Below are positions 17,352 through 25,927 of a stretch of 28,120 nt of DNA, piece after piece. The translations under genes and the position numbers were made by a program. Source of the DNA: a virus (lineage: Duplodnaviria > Caudoviricetes); the IMG/VR virus record IMGVR_UViG_3300037461_000085, positions 1 to 28,120 of that record; one strand, given 5' to 3'. The notes under the pieces were generated by a model. The model was not told where the DNA came from and ran no database searches. It worked only from the letters and a program-made list of their open reading frames with translations. Numbering within the stretch: position 1 is the first letter of the stretch; every line of letters begins with the position of its first letter.

Positions 17352-17787
17352 AGCATTGATCGACACGCAGTCGCTGATCGATTCGGCTCGCCAACTCGTC
17401 GGCGCCCCGTACCGGCATCAGGGCCGCGACGCCAGCGGCGTTGACTGCATCGGATTCCTGGCGGCGACCTTCGCGGCATTGGGCGTCGATCATCCGGCCT
17501 ACATCGGCGTGCGCGATGACCTGAACTACGGGCGGCTGGCGTCGCCTGAATTCCTGAAACTAGTCGAGCGCCACTGCCGCCCCGCACCGCGCCCGGCCCC
17601 GGGCGTCCTCGTAATGATGCGCTACGGCCCGAACGTGCCGCCGCAGCACTGCGGGATCATTGCGGAGAACGGGAACATCATCCACGCCTGCGCTCGCCGC
17701 GGCCAAGTTCTCGAGCACGGCTACAGGGGCGCGTTCGTGCGACTCACGCACAGCCTGTGGCTGATTCCCGGAGTGCGCTATGCCTGA
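17341..17787 (+). CDS. NlpC/P60 tail-associated peptidase (RcGTA g14-like)
   Basis: Start ATG 17341; G.PY.HQGR...GVDC.G, PQHCGI, IIHA. Confidence 0.9.
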   Translation: MNAEALIDTQSLIDSARQLVGAPYRHQGRDASGVDCIGFLAATFAALGVDHPAYIGVRDDLNYGRLASPEFLKLVERHCRPAPRPAPGVLVMMRYGPNVPPQHCGIIAENGNIIHACARRGQVLEHGYRGAFVRLTHSLWLIPGVRYA

Positions 17788-18298
17788 GCATCGCAACCTC
17801 GCCGCTTTCGCCCGGTGGTGGCTGTCACAGCCCGTATCGGCAGCTCTGAGGCCGCCGCTGCAGCCGATCGCGCGATATGCCGACGACGGCGGCTCAGAGG
17901 TCACGTGCCTGTGCCTTTACCGCGATGCACCGTACCAGGTCGAGTTCTTTATGACGCCCAGCGCCGATGGCAGGCGATCGTTCCCGGCGCATCGACATCC
18001 GCGGGTCGACTCGATCGAGTGTCACATCACCGGAGACATCGCGTTCTCCGTGAACGGTCAACGAGTGCGGACTGACTTGCAGATCGAGGAAGTCGACACG
18101 CGGGGCGTGCAGATTCTTTGCGGGCAACTGCTGAGGATTCGTCCGCGCGACTGGCATGGTGCGGAGGTTGGTGAGCGTGGCGGCGCTTTCCTCTCAATCC
18201 AGCGGTGGCCGGCGGGCGTGATGCCGACAAGCGTCGCGCTTGACTGGGAAGGTCCGCCGCACGTGAGCGTCAACGGACTGCCGGCGGTCACGGGCTAA
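17780..18298 (+). CDS. Hypothetical protein, probable cupin (metal-binding beta-barrel)
   Basis: FPAHRHPRVDSIECH and RDWHGA motifs; overlaps the NlpC stop and ends 2 nt before the megatron start. Confidence 0.6.
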   Translation: MPEHRNLAAFARWWLSQPVSAALRPPLQPIARYADDGGSEVTCLCLYRDAPYQVEFFMTPSADGRRSFPAHRHPRVDSIECHITGDIAFSVNGQRVRTDLQIEEVDTRGVQILCGQLLRIRPRDWHGAEVGERGGAFLSIQRWPAGVMPTSVALDWEGPPHVSVNGLPAVTG

Positions 18299-18300
18299 CG

Positions 18301-21300
18301 ATGTCGAACTGGGAACAAGCCGTACTCTCGATCGGCGGTGCGATCGTAGGATTCTTCGTCGGCGGCCCGACCGGCGCCGCGTGGGGATACCAGATCGGCG
18401 GCGCGGCTGGTTCCGCGCTGTTCCCCACGGACCTCGGCACGGTCAGCGGCCCGCGGCTCAACGATCTCACGGTCCAGTCCTCGGCGGTCGGCGCGCCGAT
18501 CCCGATCGTGTATGGCACCTATGCCATCGCCGGGAATCTCATCTGGTCCGGCGGCATCGAGGAAACCGTCACCAAGCGGCGGCAGGGCGGCAAGGGCGGC
18601 CCGACCCAGACCGTCAAGGAATACACCTACAGCGTGAGCTGCGCCGTGGGGCTGTGCGAGGGGCCGATCCAGGGCATCCGCCGAATCTGGGCCGACACCA
18701 AACTCATTTACGACGCGCGCCCGCAGCTGGAGGACGAAACCACGGAGGCTTACAACGCCCGAGTGCAGGCGAACTCCACGCTGCTCAACTCGATGGAGAT
18801 TTACCTCGGAGGCGAGGACCAACTCGCGGACCCCACGATCCAGAGCTATGAAGGCTCGGGCAACGTGTCTGCGTTTCGCGGGCTTGCATACGTCGTGTTC
18901 ACCGACTTCTGGCTGACCGACTACGGCAACCGCGTTCCAAATTTCAGGTTCGAGGTTTCCGGGGCGTCTGTTCCAACGACGGTTGGCCTGTACAGCGCTG
19001 GATGGGTGCCGCACTGGGAATGGCAGAGCGTGGATCCGCGCCCGTTTGGAGCAGCGCTGCTATACAACCAAGCGTATGGCGACTTCACGAGCGTTGTGAA
19101 CCTCGGTGCATGGACGGCCGACCTCCCCAGCATTCTCGCTGCACGCGGCGTCTCCGCCGGTGGCGTGACCTACTCCAATGAGGCCACCGCGTGGACGGAC
19201 GTGGTCACCAGCGGGCCAACCACCATATTAGAGACGCTGAGAGGCCCGTACTGGCCCAGCGAATCTTCGCCGCCAAAAACGGCCGAGCCGAATAACATGC
19301 TGCTCGGCCTGCTGTTCTGCGTCGGCGGTAACGCGGTGGCGAAGGTCTTCACGGACAATGACGGACCGGAGGGCGAGTTCGGAGGACCGCCCGTGCACGT
19401 GATCCCAGACACGTACAATGCGTTCGCGCCGCATGTACGGCAGTGGGTCGCGTACGACGCGCCAAACGAGATCCTCGGCAATCCGGCCACTCCAGTCGCG
19501 TATCACTACGATCCGGCACCGCCCGAGCCGGGGCAAGACCCGGAGCACAAACTACTGCGGATATACGATACGCTGGTCGTGTGCGCTCGGCAGTGGGAGG
19601 ATCCGGTGCCGCTGCCCTCGATGGCCGAGGCGTGGTCGGAGGACTTGCAGTGGTTCTTGTTCGAGGGCTGGTGGCTGCACGTTGACACGGTGTGGGAGGA
19701 GCTGGACGACGGGCTCGCTGGTCTGCGCGTCTTCGACTTCGGACCCGGCTGGCCGTCTAACGAGTTCACCACGTCGTGGTTCCTCCAGCGCCGACCGCTG
19801 GAGTACGGATTCGCGGGCGTGCCGCGCAGCGAGTACCTGATCCCGGCGGACGATCCGCGCGCCGATTCGCAAGAGTTCTGGGACGATCTGTACGCTGCCG
19901 CAGTCGCGGCGGGGCACGCGCCGAGCGGCTGGACGTACGAAAACGAGAACGTCAATCTGCGGTATCCGAACTTTCAGAGCTACGCGTGGGGTGTGGAGTT
20001 CGACGCGTACGAGACCGACCCGACGGTCACGACGATCGGCACCATCGTGCGCGACGTCTGCCGGCGGTGCGGGCTGACCTCGGATCAGATCGACGTATCT
20101 GACCTCACGCAGCCTGTCTGGGGATATGCGATCAGTCGCGTGATGAACGGACGCGACGCGATATCGCCGTTGCGCTCGCTCGGCATGTTCGACTGCGTCG
20201 AGTCGGCCGGCGTGCTCAAGTGGCCGACGCGGGGCAAGGCGGCGGTCGCCACGTTGACCGATGAGGACCTCGGCGCGCACTCGGCCGGCGACCAGCGGCC
20301 GGCGGCGATGCAGGTCACGCGCACGCAGGAGGTTGAGCTGCCGCGCCGGCTGCGCGTCCACTACGCCCAGTCGGACATGAACTACGAACAAGGCGAGCAG
20401 AGCGCCTCGCGCCTGAGCGTCGGCACTGACCAGGTGCAGGACGTCGAGCTCGCAGTCGCGATGGGCGACAACCGCGCCGCGCAGACGGCCGAGGTGCTGC
20501 TCTACGATGCGTGGGTCTCGCGCAACCGCTACGAGACCACCGTCGACCATTCGTTCCTCGCGCTCGAGCCCGCAGATGCCATCGAGGCGCCGGTCGACGG
20601 CCGCATGGAGCGGCTGCGCATCGTCGACATCGATTACAGCCTGCCGGGGCTGCAACGGCTCGCGCTGGTGCGCGATGACGAGGGCGTTTACACGTCCTAC
20701 GCGATCGGTGCACCGGCGGCGTACTCTGGGACCACCGGGTCGAACATCTCCATCCCCGGCACCGCCACGCTGCTCCTGCTCGACCTGCCGATGCTGCGCG
20801 ACGAGGACAACGACGCCGGCTACTACGCGGCCGTGACCGTCACGGGCGGCACGTCCTTCGCCGGCCTCGTCGTGTACCGCTCGCCAGACGGCGGCACGAC
20901 CTACGATTCGGTGGCGACGATCACCCAGCAGGCCACCGTGGGCGAGCTGTCCGACGCGCTGCCGGCCGGTCCGACGACCATCATCGACGAGGGCAACGAG
21001 CTGCTGGTCGAGGGCCTCGAGACGGACGCCCTCGAATCCATCAGCGAGGCCTCGCTCCTGGCCGGGCTCAATGCCGCTGCCATCGGCGCCGACGGGCGCT
21101 GGGAGATCATCCAGTTCCGCGATGCCGAGCTCACCGGCAGCCCGCCCGTATGGCGCCTCACCGGACTGCTGCGTGGCCGGCGCGGGACGGAATGGGCGAT
21201 GGGCCTGAGCCAGCCGGGCGACGCGTTCGTGCTGCTCGACTCGGCCATCGTGCGCGTGCCGATGAACGTCGCCGCAATCGGCGCCGAGCGCCAGCACAAG

Positions 21301-21702
21301 GGCGTGCTGGTCGGCACGTCGCTCGAGTCCACCACCGCTCAGGCCTTTACCGGCGAGGGCGTGGCGCTCGAGTGCTTCGCCCCGGTCAACGTCGAGGGCG
21401 CGCGGGAGGCGGGCGACCTGACGATCAGCTGGACGCGGCGCGATCGCTTCGGCCAGGAGCTGCCGTCTGGGACTGACATCCCGATGAGCGAGCCGCCGGA
21501 GACCTACGAGGTCGACATCCTCTCGGCTGACAGCCCGCCGGAGGTGCTGCGCACGCTCACCTCGAGCGCGACGTCCGTCACCTACACCGAGGCGCAGCAG
21601 GCCGAGGACTTCGGCAGCCCTGTGCCTGAGTCCGTCACCGTCCGCGTCTATCAGCTCTCGGCCACCGTGGGCCGGGGCTATCCCGCCGAGGCCACCGTAT
21701 GA
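18301..21702 (+). CDS. Large tail-tip / host-specificity protein (RcGTA g15 'megatron'-like)
   Basis: GPRL.DL.VQSS..G.PIP.VYG...AGNLIW, SAFRGLAYVVF, YGNRVPNF.FEV, QE.ELP, WEIIQF..A, GLLRGRRGTE, W.RR.R, P.SE..E.YEVDI, VYQLSA.VGRG. Confidence 0.92.
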   Translation: MSNWEQAVLSIGGAIVGFFVGGPTGAAWGYQIGGAAGSALFPTDLGTVSGPRLNDLTVQSSAVGAPIPIVYGTYAIAGNLIWSGGIEETVTKRRQGGKGGPTQTVKEYTYSVSCAVGLCEGPIQGIRRIWADTKLIYDARPQLEDETTEAYNARVQANSTLLNSMEIYLGGEDQLADPTIQSYEGSGNVSAFRGLAYVVFTDFWLTDYGNRVPNFRFEVSGASVPTTVGLYSAGWVPHWEWQSVDPRPFGAALLYNQAYGDFTSVVNLGAWTADLPSILAARGVSAGGVTYSNEATAWTDVVTSGPTTILETLRGPYWPSESSPPKTAEPNNMLLGLLFCVGGNAVAKVFTDNDGPEGEFGGPPVHVIPDTYNAFAPHVRQWVAYDAPNEILGNPATPVAYHYDPAPPEPGQDPEHKLLRIYDTLVVCARQWEDPVPLPSMAEAWSEDLQWFLFEGWWLHVDTVWEELDDGLAGLRVFDFGPGWPSNEFTTSWFLQRRPLEYGFAGVPRSEYLIPADDPRADSQEFWDDLYAAAVAAGHAPSGWTYENENVNLRYPNFQSYAWGVEFDAYETDPTVTTIGTIVRDVCRRCGLTSDQIDVSDLTQPVWGYAISRVMNGRDAISPLRSLGMFDCVESAGVLKWPTRGKAAVATLTDEDLGAHSAGDQRPAAMQVTRTQEVELPRRLRVHYAQSDMNYEQGEQSASRLSVGTDQVQDVELAVAMGDNRAAQTAEVLLYDAWVSRNRYETTVDHSFLALEPADAIEAPVDGRMERLRIVDIDYSLPGLQRLALVRDDEGVYTSYAIGAPAAYSGTTGSNISIPGTATLLLLDLPMLRDEDNDAGYYAAVTVTGGTSFAGLVVYRSPDGGTTYDSVATITQQATVGELSDALPAGPTTIIDEGNELLVEGLETDALESISEASLLAGLNAAAIGADGRWEIIQFRDAELTGSPPVWRLTGLLRGRRGTEWAMGLSQPGDAFVLLDSAIVRVPMNVAAIGAERQHKGVLVGTSLESTTAQAFTGEGVALECFAPVNVEGAREAGDLTISWTRRDRFGQELPSGTDIPMSEPPETYEVDILSADSPPEVLRTLTSSATSVTYTEAQQAEDFGSPVPESVTVRVYQLSATVGRGYPAEATV

Positions 21703-22814
21703 CCACGCCGAACCTGTCCCTGCCCGAGCTCGTCGCCAGCCAGGCGCAGCCGCACATCACCGTCAATACGGCACTGCGCCGCCTCGACGCGCTGGTGCAG
21801 GCCGGCGTGATCTCGCAGACCAACACGCCGCCGGGCTCGCCGGCCGACGGCGATGCCTACCTGGTGGGCGCCGCGCCGACCGGTGCGTGGTCTGGTCACG
21901 CTCAGGAGCTCGCCGTGCTGATCGGTGGCGGCTGGACTTTCCTGACGCCGGCGCCAGGTTGGCTCGTGTACAACGCCAGCGACGGCGAGCACTACCGCTG
22001 CGAGTCGGGCTCGCCGCTGTCGTGGGCGATCTTCCAGTCGGGCAGCGGGGGAGGCGCGCTGGCGGACCTTACCGACGTCAACGTGCCGGCATCGCCTGAG
22101 CCCGACGACGGCGACGTGCTCACCTGGGACGCAACAAATAACGAGTGGATCGCAGCGGCGCCTGCCGGCGGCGGTGGTGGCGATATCTACCTCAGCCAGC
22201 GCAGCATCTACTCCGTGATCGACGAGCGCGCGAGCCCGCCCGGCGGACCCGCCGAGGGCGATACCTACCTGATGAACCGCAGCGGCGACTCGCTGACCGG
22301 GGCCTGGTCTGGCTGGACCCGCGGCAACCTCGCCTATTACAACGGCACCGCCTGGGAGCAGGTCAGCGTCCGCCTCGCCGACGTGATCTACAAGGTCGAC
22401 GCCGCCGACTACTGGTACTGCACCAGCGCCGGCACGCCGCGCGCGTACAAGCCGCTCGGCGACGACGCCCGCTGGCCGGTCTACAAGTCGACCTCGCCCG
22501 GCAGCAGCGAGGTGATCGGCCGCTACGTGTTCACGCGAAACGTGGTCATCCCGTCCGACTTCGCAGGCTCGCAGGGCTCAGTCGGCGCGAACCCCTCGAG
22601 CTCATTCGTGCTCGACGTCGAACTTGATGGCTCGCCGATCGGGACGATCACGATCTCGACGGGCGGCGCGTTCACTTTCGACAACTCCGCCTCCGAATAC
22701 GGCGCCGGGGCCGGCTCCGTGCTCGAGGTCATCGCGCCGTCGACCACGAATGGTTCGATCGCGCGCATCGCTCTCACGCTCGTATTCCCAGCCTACGCGC
22801 CGATCCCGTTCTGA
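21699..22814 (+). CDS. DUF2793-containing tail fibre/tip protein (two DUF2793-like units)
   Basis: TPNL.LP.L...QAQPH.TVN.AL..LD; PP.SP.DGD.YLV....TGAW.G unit repeated near 22210-22420; LADLTDV...DGDVL.WD linker. Confidence 0.85.
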   Translation: MTTPNLSLPELVASQAQPHITVNTALRRLDALVQAGVISQTNTPPGSPADGDAYLVGAAPTGAWSGHAQELAVLIGGGWTFLTPAPGWLVYNASDGEHYRCESGSPLSWAIFQSGSGGGALADLTDVNVPASPEPDDGDVLTWDATNNEWIAAAPAGGGGGDIYLSQRSIYSVIDERASPPGGPAEGDTYLMNRSGDSLTGAWSGWTRGNLAYYNGTAWEQVSVRLADVIYKVDAADYWYCTSAGTPRAYKPLGDDARWPVYKSTSPGSSEVIGRYVFTRNVVIPSDFAGSQGSVGANPSSSFVLDVELDGSPIGTITISTGGAFTFDNSASEYGAGAGSVLEVIAPSTTNGSIARIALTLVFPAYAPIPF

Positions 22815-23263
22815 TGAGCACCTTCATCGACGGCGACCTGGACCCGGCGCGGGCGTATTACCTGCTGAAAATGCAGGACGCCGCGCAGCGCGGGTTCGCG
22901 GACGCCTGGCATCAGCCGCGCTGGATCAAGTTCCGCGCCGACGGCGACTTCGTGTTCATGATGATCTGGATGAACCGAGCCTGCGCGGATCGTTTTTACG
23001 GGCAGTGCCCGCCGCAGCGCGTCATCGGTCACTGCGATCGCGCTTGTCACAGCGACGAGCGCTCGGCGCATTACGCGCTCACGGACCAAAAGGCCGTCGA
23101 CCGTAGCGGGCAGGTGATCGATTGCGACGAGCCCGACCCGAACGGTGGGACAGTGCGCGTCAGAAAGTTCGCCTATCGCGTCGATTCCGACGGCCTGCGC
23201 GGCTGGTTTGTCTACGGAGAATGTCCCGATGAGCCCAAACAACACGAACAACCCACCGGCTGA
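22814..23263 (+). CDS. Hypothetical protein, Cys/His-containing
   Basis: TGATG-coupled to DUF2793 gene; 149 aa; GC3-rich; no family recognised. Confidence 0.65.
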   Translation: MSTFIDGDLDPARAYYLLKMQDAAQRGFADAWHQPRWIKFRADGDFVFMMIWMNRACADRFYGQCPPQRVIGHCDRACHSDERSAHYALTDQKAVDRSGQVIDCDEPDPNGGTVRVRKFAYRVDSDGLRGWFVYGECPDEPKQHEQPTG

Positions 23264-23564
23264 TTGGGCATGGCCTGCCCTGATCCAGTCATTGCAGCGC
23301 GACATCGGACACCTACGCGAGCTGATGGACGAAGCGCGCAAGGAGACGGCCGCCGCCCGCGAGGCGCATCGCCGGGAGCTCGACGCCCTGATCGAGCAAC
23401 TACGCTCGGTTCGCAACGACCTCGCGCCGATCGTCAAAGAGCGCGAGGACACGGCAAAGCTCGCGCGCCAAACGCGCTGGGGCTGGATCGAGCGGCTCGG
23501 CTGGGTCGTCATGGGCGGCATCGCGCTCGCGGTATGGGAATTCCTGAGGAGGCATCTGAAATGA
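23229..23564 (+). CDS. Coiled-coil protein with C-terminal TM helix (holin-like, lysis cassette)
   Basis: ATG 23229 preceded by GGAG; LGWVVMGGIALAVWEFL hydrophobic segment; ATGA overlap with endolysin. Confidence 0.6.
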   Translation: MSPNNTNNPPADWAWPALIQSLQRDIGHLRELMDEARKETAAAREAHRRELDALIEQLRSVRNDLAPIVKEREDTAKLARQTRWGWIERLGWVVMGGIALAVWEFLRRHLK

Positions 23565-24055
23565 CCGAGCCGAACTGGCTGACCGTCGCCCGCAAATACG
23601 TCGGCGTCGCGGAGATCCCGGGTAAGGCTACCGCGCCAGTGATCGCCCGGTGGCTGCGCGACCTGAAATCGTGGTGGTCCGACGACGAGACGCCCTGGTG
23701 CGGCACGTTCGTCGGCGCCGTGCTGCGCGAGTCGGGCATCCCGGTCGCGAAGCACTGGTACAGGGCCAAGGACTGGCTGAACTGGGGCATCACGATTGCC
23801 GATGCGGCGCCGGGCTGCGTGGTCGTCTATGGCCGCGCCGGCGGCGGGCACGTTGGGTTCGCGGTGGCCCGCGACACGCAGGGGCGCATCCTCACGCTCG
23901 GCGGGAACCAGGGAAACCGGGTCAGCGTCGCGCCGTTCGACACGGTGCGCGTGCTCGGTTATCGCTGGCCGGCGGATCGTTTCGCCGAACTGACGGCGGC
24001 CGGCGCGCTGCCGGTGGTGAAAGCCGCGGGCGCCAGCTCGGGGAACGAGGCATGA
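23561..24055 (+). CDS. TIGR02594-family endolysin (NlpC/CHAP-like)
   Basis: Start ATG 23561 with SD GAGGAGG; PNWL..A....G..EIPG, DDETPWCG.FV, GGGHVGF, LGGNQGN.VS, GYRWP. Confidence 0.9.
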   Translation: MTEPNWLTVARKYVGVAEIPGKATAPVIARWLRDLKSWWSDDETPWCGTFVGAVLRESGIPVAKHWYRAKDWLNWGITIADAAPGCVVVYGRAGGGHVGFAVARDTQGRILTLGGNQGNRVSVAPFDTVRVLGYRWPADRFAELTAAGALPVVKAAGASSGNEA

Positions 24056-24306
24056 ACGCCGCTTACACGTTGGTCGCCCGCACCCTGCTGGCGGTGATGT
24101 TCGTCGGCTTCTACGGATTCATCGTCCTGCAGGTTCTCGGCCGCGAGCAGGAGTTCCTGCCCGGCGTGAAGGATGTTGCGATGTTCCTGCTGGGCGCGCT
24201 CACGACCAGCGTCGTGACGGTTGTGGGCTTCTTCTTCAATTCGAGCCAGGGCAGCAGCGACAAGCAGCAGGTGCTGACCCGACTCGCGGAGAGGGCCGAC
24301 GCATGA
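24052..24306 (+). CDS. Two-TM membrane protein, probable holin
   Basis: ATG 24052 (ATGA overlap); two hydrophobic helices ending in FFFNSSQGS.DK. Confidence 0.7.
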   Translation: MNAAYTLVARTLLAVMFVGFYGFIVLQVLGREQEFLPGVKDVAMFLLGALTTSVVTVVGFFFNSSQGSSDKQQVLTRLAERADA

Positions 24307-24491
24307 GTACCGCTGAGGCGATGATGCTCTCTGACCATCTCGCTGAGGCGCTCGCCGCCCTGAACCGGGCCCGGGAACAGATCCGCACCGCTAACGTGGA
24401 GCGCCACCGCGAGGCCGTCGTACGCGAGATTACGCAGGCCGAGCTATCCATCGCCAGGGTGATCGGTCTCATCGCCGGGGCGCCGCAGTGA
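24303..24491 (+). CDS. Hypothetical protein (62 aa, helical)
   Basis: Coupled by ATGA and GTGA overlaps at both ends. Confidence 0.6.
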   Translation: MSTAEAMMLSDHLAEALAALNRAREQIRTANVERHREAVVREITQAELSIARVIGLIAGAPQ

Positions 24492-24937
24492 AGCTCCTCG
24501 CCTGGTTCGCCGGCATCCCGTGGGGCCTCGTGGCGTTCCTGATCGCCTGCGCGCTCGCCGCCGGCGCCGCCATCTATTTCCGCCAGTGGCGGATGCTCAT
24601 CTGGATCGCCTTGGCCGCCGTGGTCGGCGTGCTGTGGCAGCGCGTGGTGACCTGGCATGACTCGCATGAGCGGCTGCCGGCCGTCGTGGCAGAGCTCGAG
24701 CAGGAGCGGGCCTGCGCGCCCGCCTCAGCCTGCGCACGACGCGCGGAGGAGGCGGCCGAGCAAGCCCGAGCCGAGGCCGAGACGCGCGCCCTGGAGGCCG
24801 CTGAGGGGCTCAGGCAGGCCGAGGAGCGCGCCCGGGCCGATGCCGCCGCGTGGCGGGCGAAGTACCGGAGCGCCATCCAATCGAACCCGGAGTGCAAGGC
24901 ATGGTCCGAGCAGGCAATCGCCTGTCCGATCGGTTAA
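24488..24937 (+). CDS. Inner-membrane spanin (Rz-like)
   Basis: N-terminal hydrophobic helices, Ala/Glu/Arg coiled coil, C-terminal Cys residues (ECKAWSEQAIACP). Confidence 0.7.
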   Translation: MKLLAWFAGIPWGLVAFLIACALAAGAAIYFRQWRMLIWIALAAVVGVLWQRVVTWHDSHERLPAVVAELEQERACAPASACARRAEEAAEQARAEAETRALEAAEGLRQAEERARADAAAWRAKYRSAIQSNPECKAWSEQAIACPIG

Positions 24938-25012
24938 AATTGGCGGGACAGCAAGGCGCGTCAACGCCTTGCCGCCCTAACCACAGCAACCTGTTTAGGA
25001 GGTATGCAATGG
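24935..25012 (+). promoter_or_regulatory. Putative -10 box plus two-hairpin leader sequestering the HNH SD and start
   Basis: TAAAAT 24935-24940; GCAAGGCG/CGCCTTGC stem 24951-24972; GCAACCT pairs with AGGT(A)TGC overlapping AGGAGG 24997-25002. Confidence 0.55.
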
Positions 25013-25629
25013 CTACTCCGCATGGTAGCAAACACCCACTTTACAAGCATGGGCACAAAGCCAGGGCTGGCGGCTCGGGCACGTACAACTCGTGGCGCAG
25101 CATCATCGGGCGCTGCTGCAATCCAAATCAGCGAAGCTACAAAATGTATGGCGCGAAAGGCGTAACCGTCTGCGCCAGATGGCGAGAGTCTTTTGTTAAT
25201 TTTCTTGAGGACATGGGTCCGCGACCGGAAGGAACGTCGATAGATCGTATCGACAATTCGCTTGGATATGAGCCAAGCAATTGTCGGTGGTCAACTCGTG
25301 TAGAGCAATCCAGAAACAGAAGCTTCGCCAGAAAGATAAGCTACGCCGGGAAGTCGCAGTGTTTAGCGGAGTGGGCCGACGAATACCAGATTAAATACGG
25401 CCTTTTAAAGCGGCGGCTATCAGCCGGATGGGAGATGGAGTCTGCGCTCACAACCCCAAACCTGAAAAGCGATAGACCAATAACCTTCGATGGCGAGACG
25501 CTTCTGATCTCTCAATGGGCAAGAAAGCTTAGCGTTCACCCAAGAACGCTGTTCAATCGGATACATCGAGGATGGCCCATTGCCCGAGCTCTGACAGAGC
25601 CAGTTCACATCAAGAGGCGCCAGCCGTGA
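25009..25629 (+). mobile_element. Freestanding HNH-type homing endonuclease
   Basis: Start ATG 25009 with AGGAGG; YNSW..I..RC.NP....Y..YG.KG.TVC.RW.ESF.NF..DMG.RP...SIDRIDN..GYEPSNCRW.T..EQ.RN; two C-terminal DNA-binding repeats; markedly AT-richer than flanks. Confidence 0.9.
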
Positions 25630-25877
25630 AGCACGCGATGATAGCCGCAGCCATGTCTGTAAACGGAGCCCTGCTCGCCGGCTGCGTGTCGGAGCGCGTG
25701 ATCGAGCGGCCCGTGCCGGCCACGGTGCCGTCGCTGTGCGTCACCGAGTGCCCGGCGCCGGAGGGGCTGCCGAGCACGAACGGCGAGCTGGCCGTGCAGT
25801 GGCGCGAGCGCGGCGAGGCGATCGAGTGCTTCAAGGCGCGCCAGGCGTGCGTGCGGGAGCTGGTCAGGGTGCCGTAG
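25626..25877 (+). CDS. Outer-membrane spanin lipoprotein (Rz1-like)
   Basis: GTG 25626 overlaps HNH stop; lipobox LLAG-C; Pro-rich segment; TNGEL motif and several Cys. Confidence 0.75.
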   Translation: MKHAMIAAAMSVNGALLAGCVSERVIERPVPATVPSLCVTECPAPEGLPSTNGELAVQWRERGEAIECFKARQACVRELVRVP

Positions 25878-25927
25878 CCCCCGCCGGTTCCCGTCGAAAT
25901 CACGGTAAATACTTGTCCTACCGTTCT

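Noticed and set aside
19552-21297. 581-aa minus-strand ORF and other long antisense ORFs (4506-5561, 9919-11010, 15382-16443, 22793-23851)
   Set aside because: Shadows of GC3-biased plus-strand genes; no motifs and fully overlapping well-supported CDSs
18958-22814. Diversity-generating retroelement or invertible tail fibre cassette
   Set aside because: No reverse transcriptase or invertase in the window and no near-identical template/variable repeat pair seen
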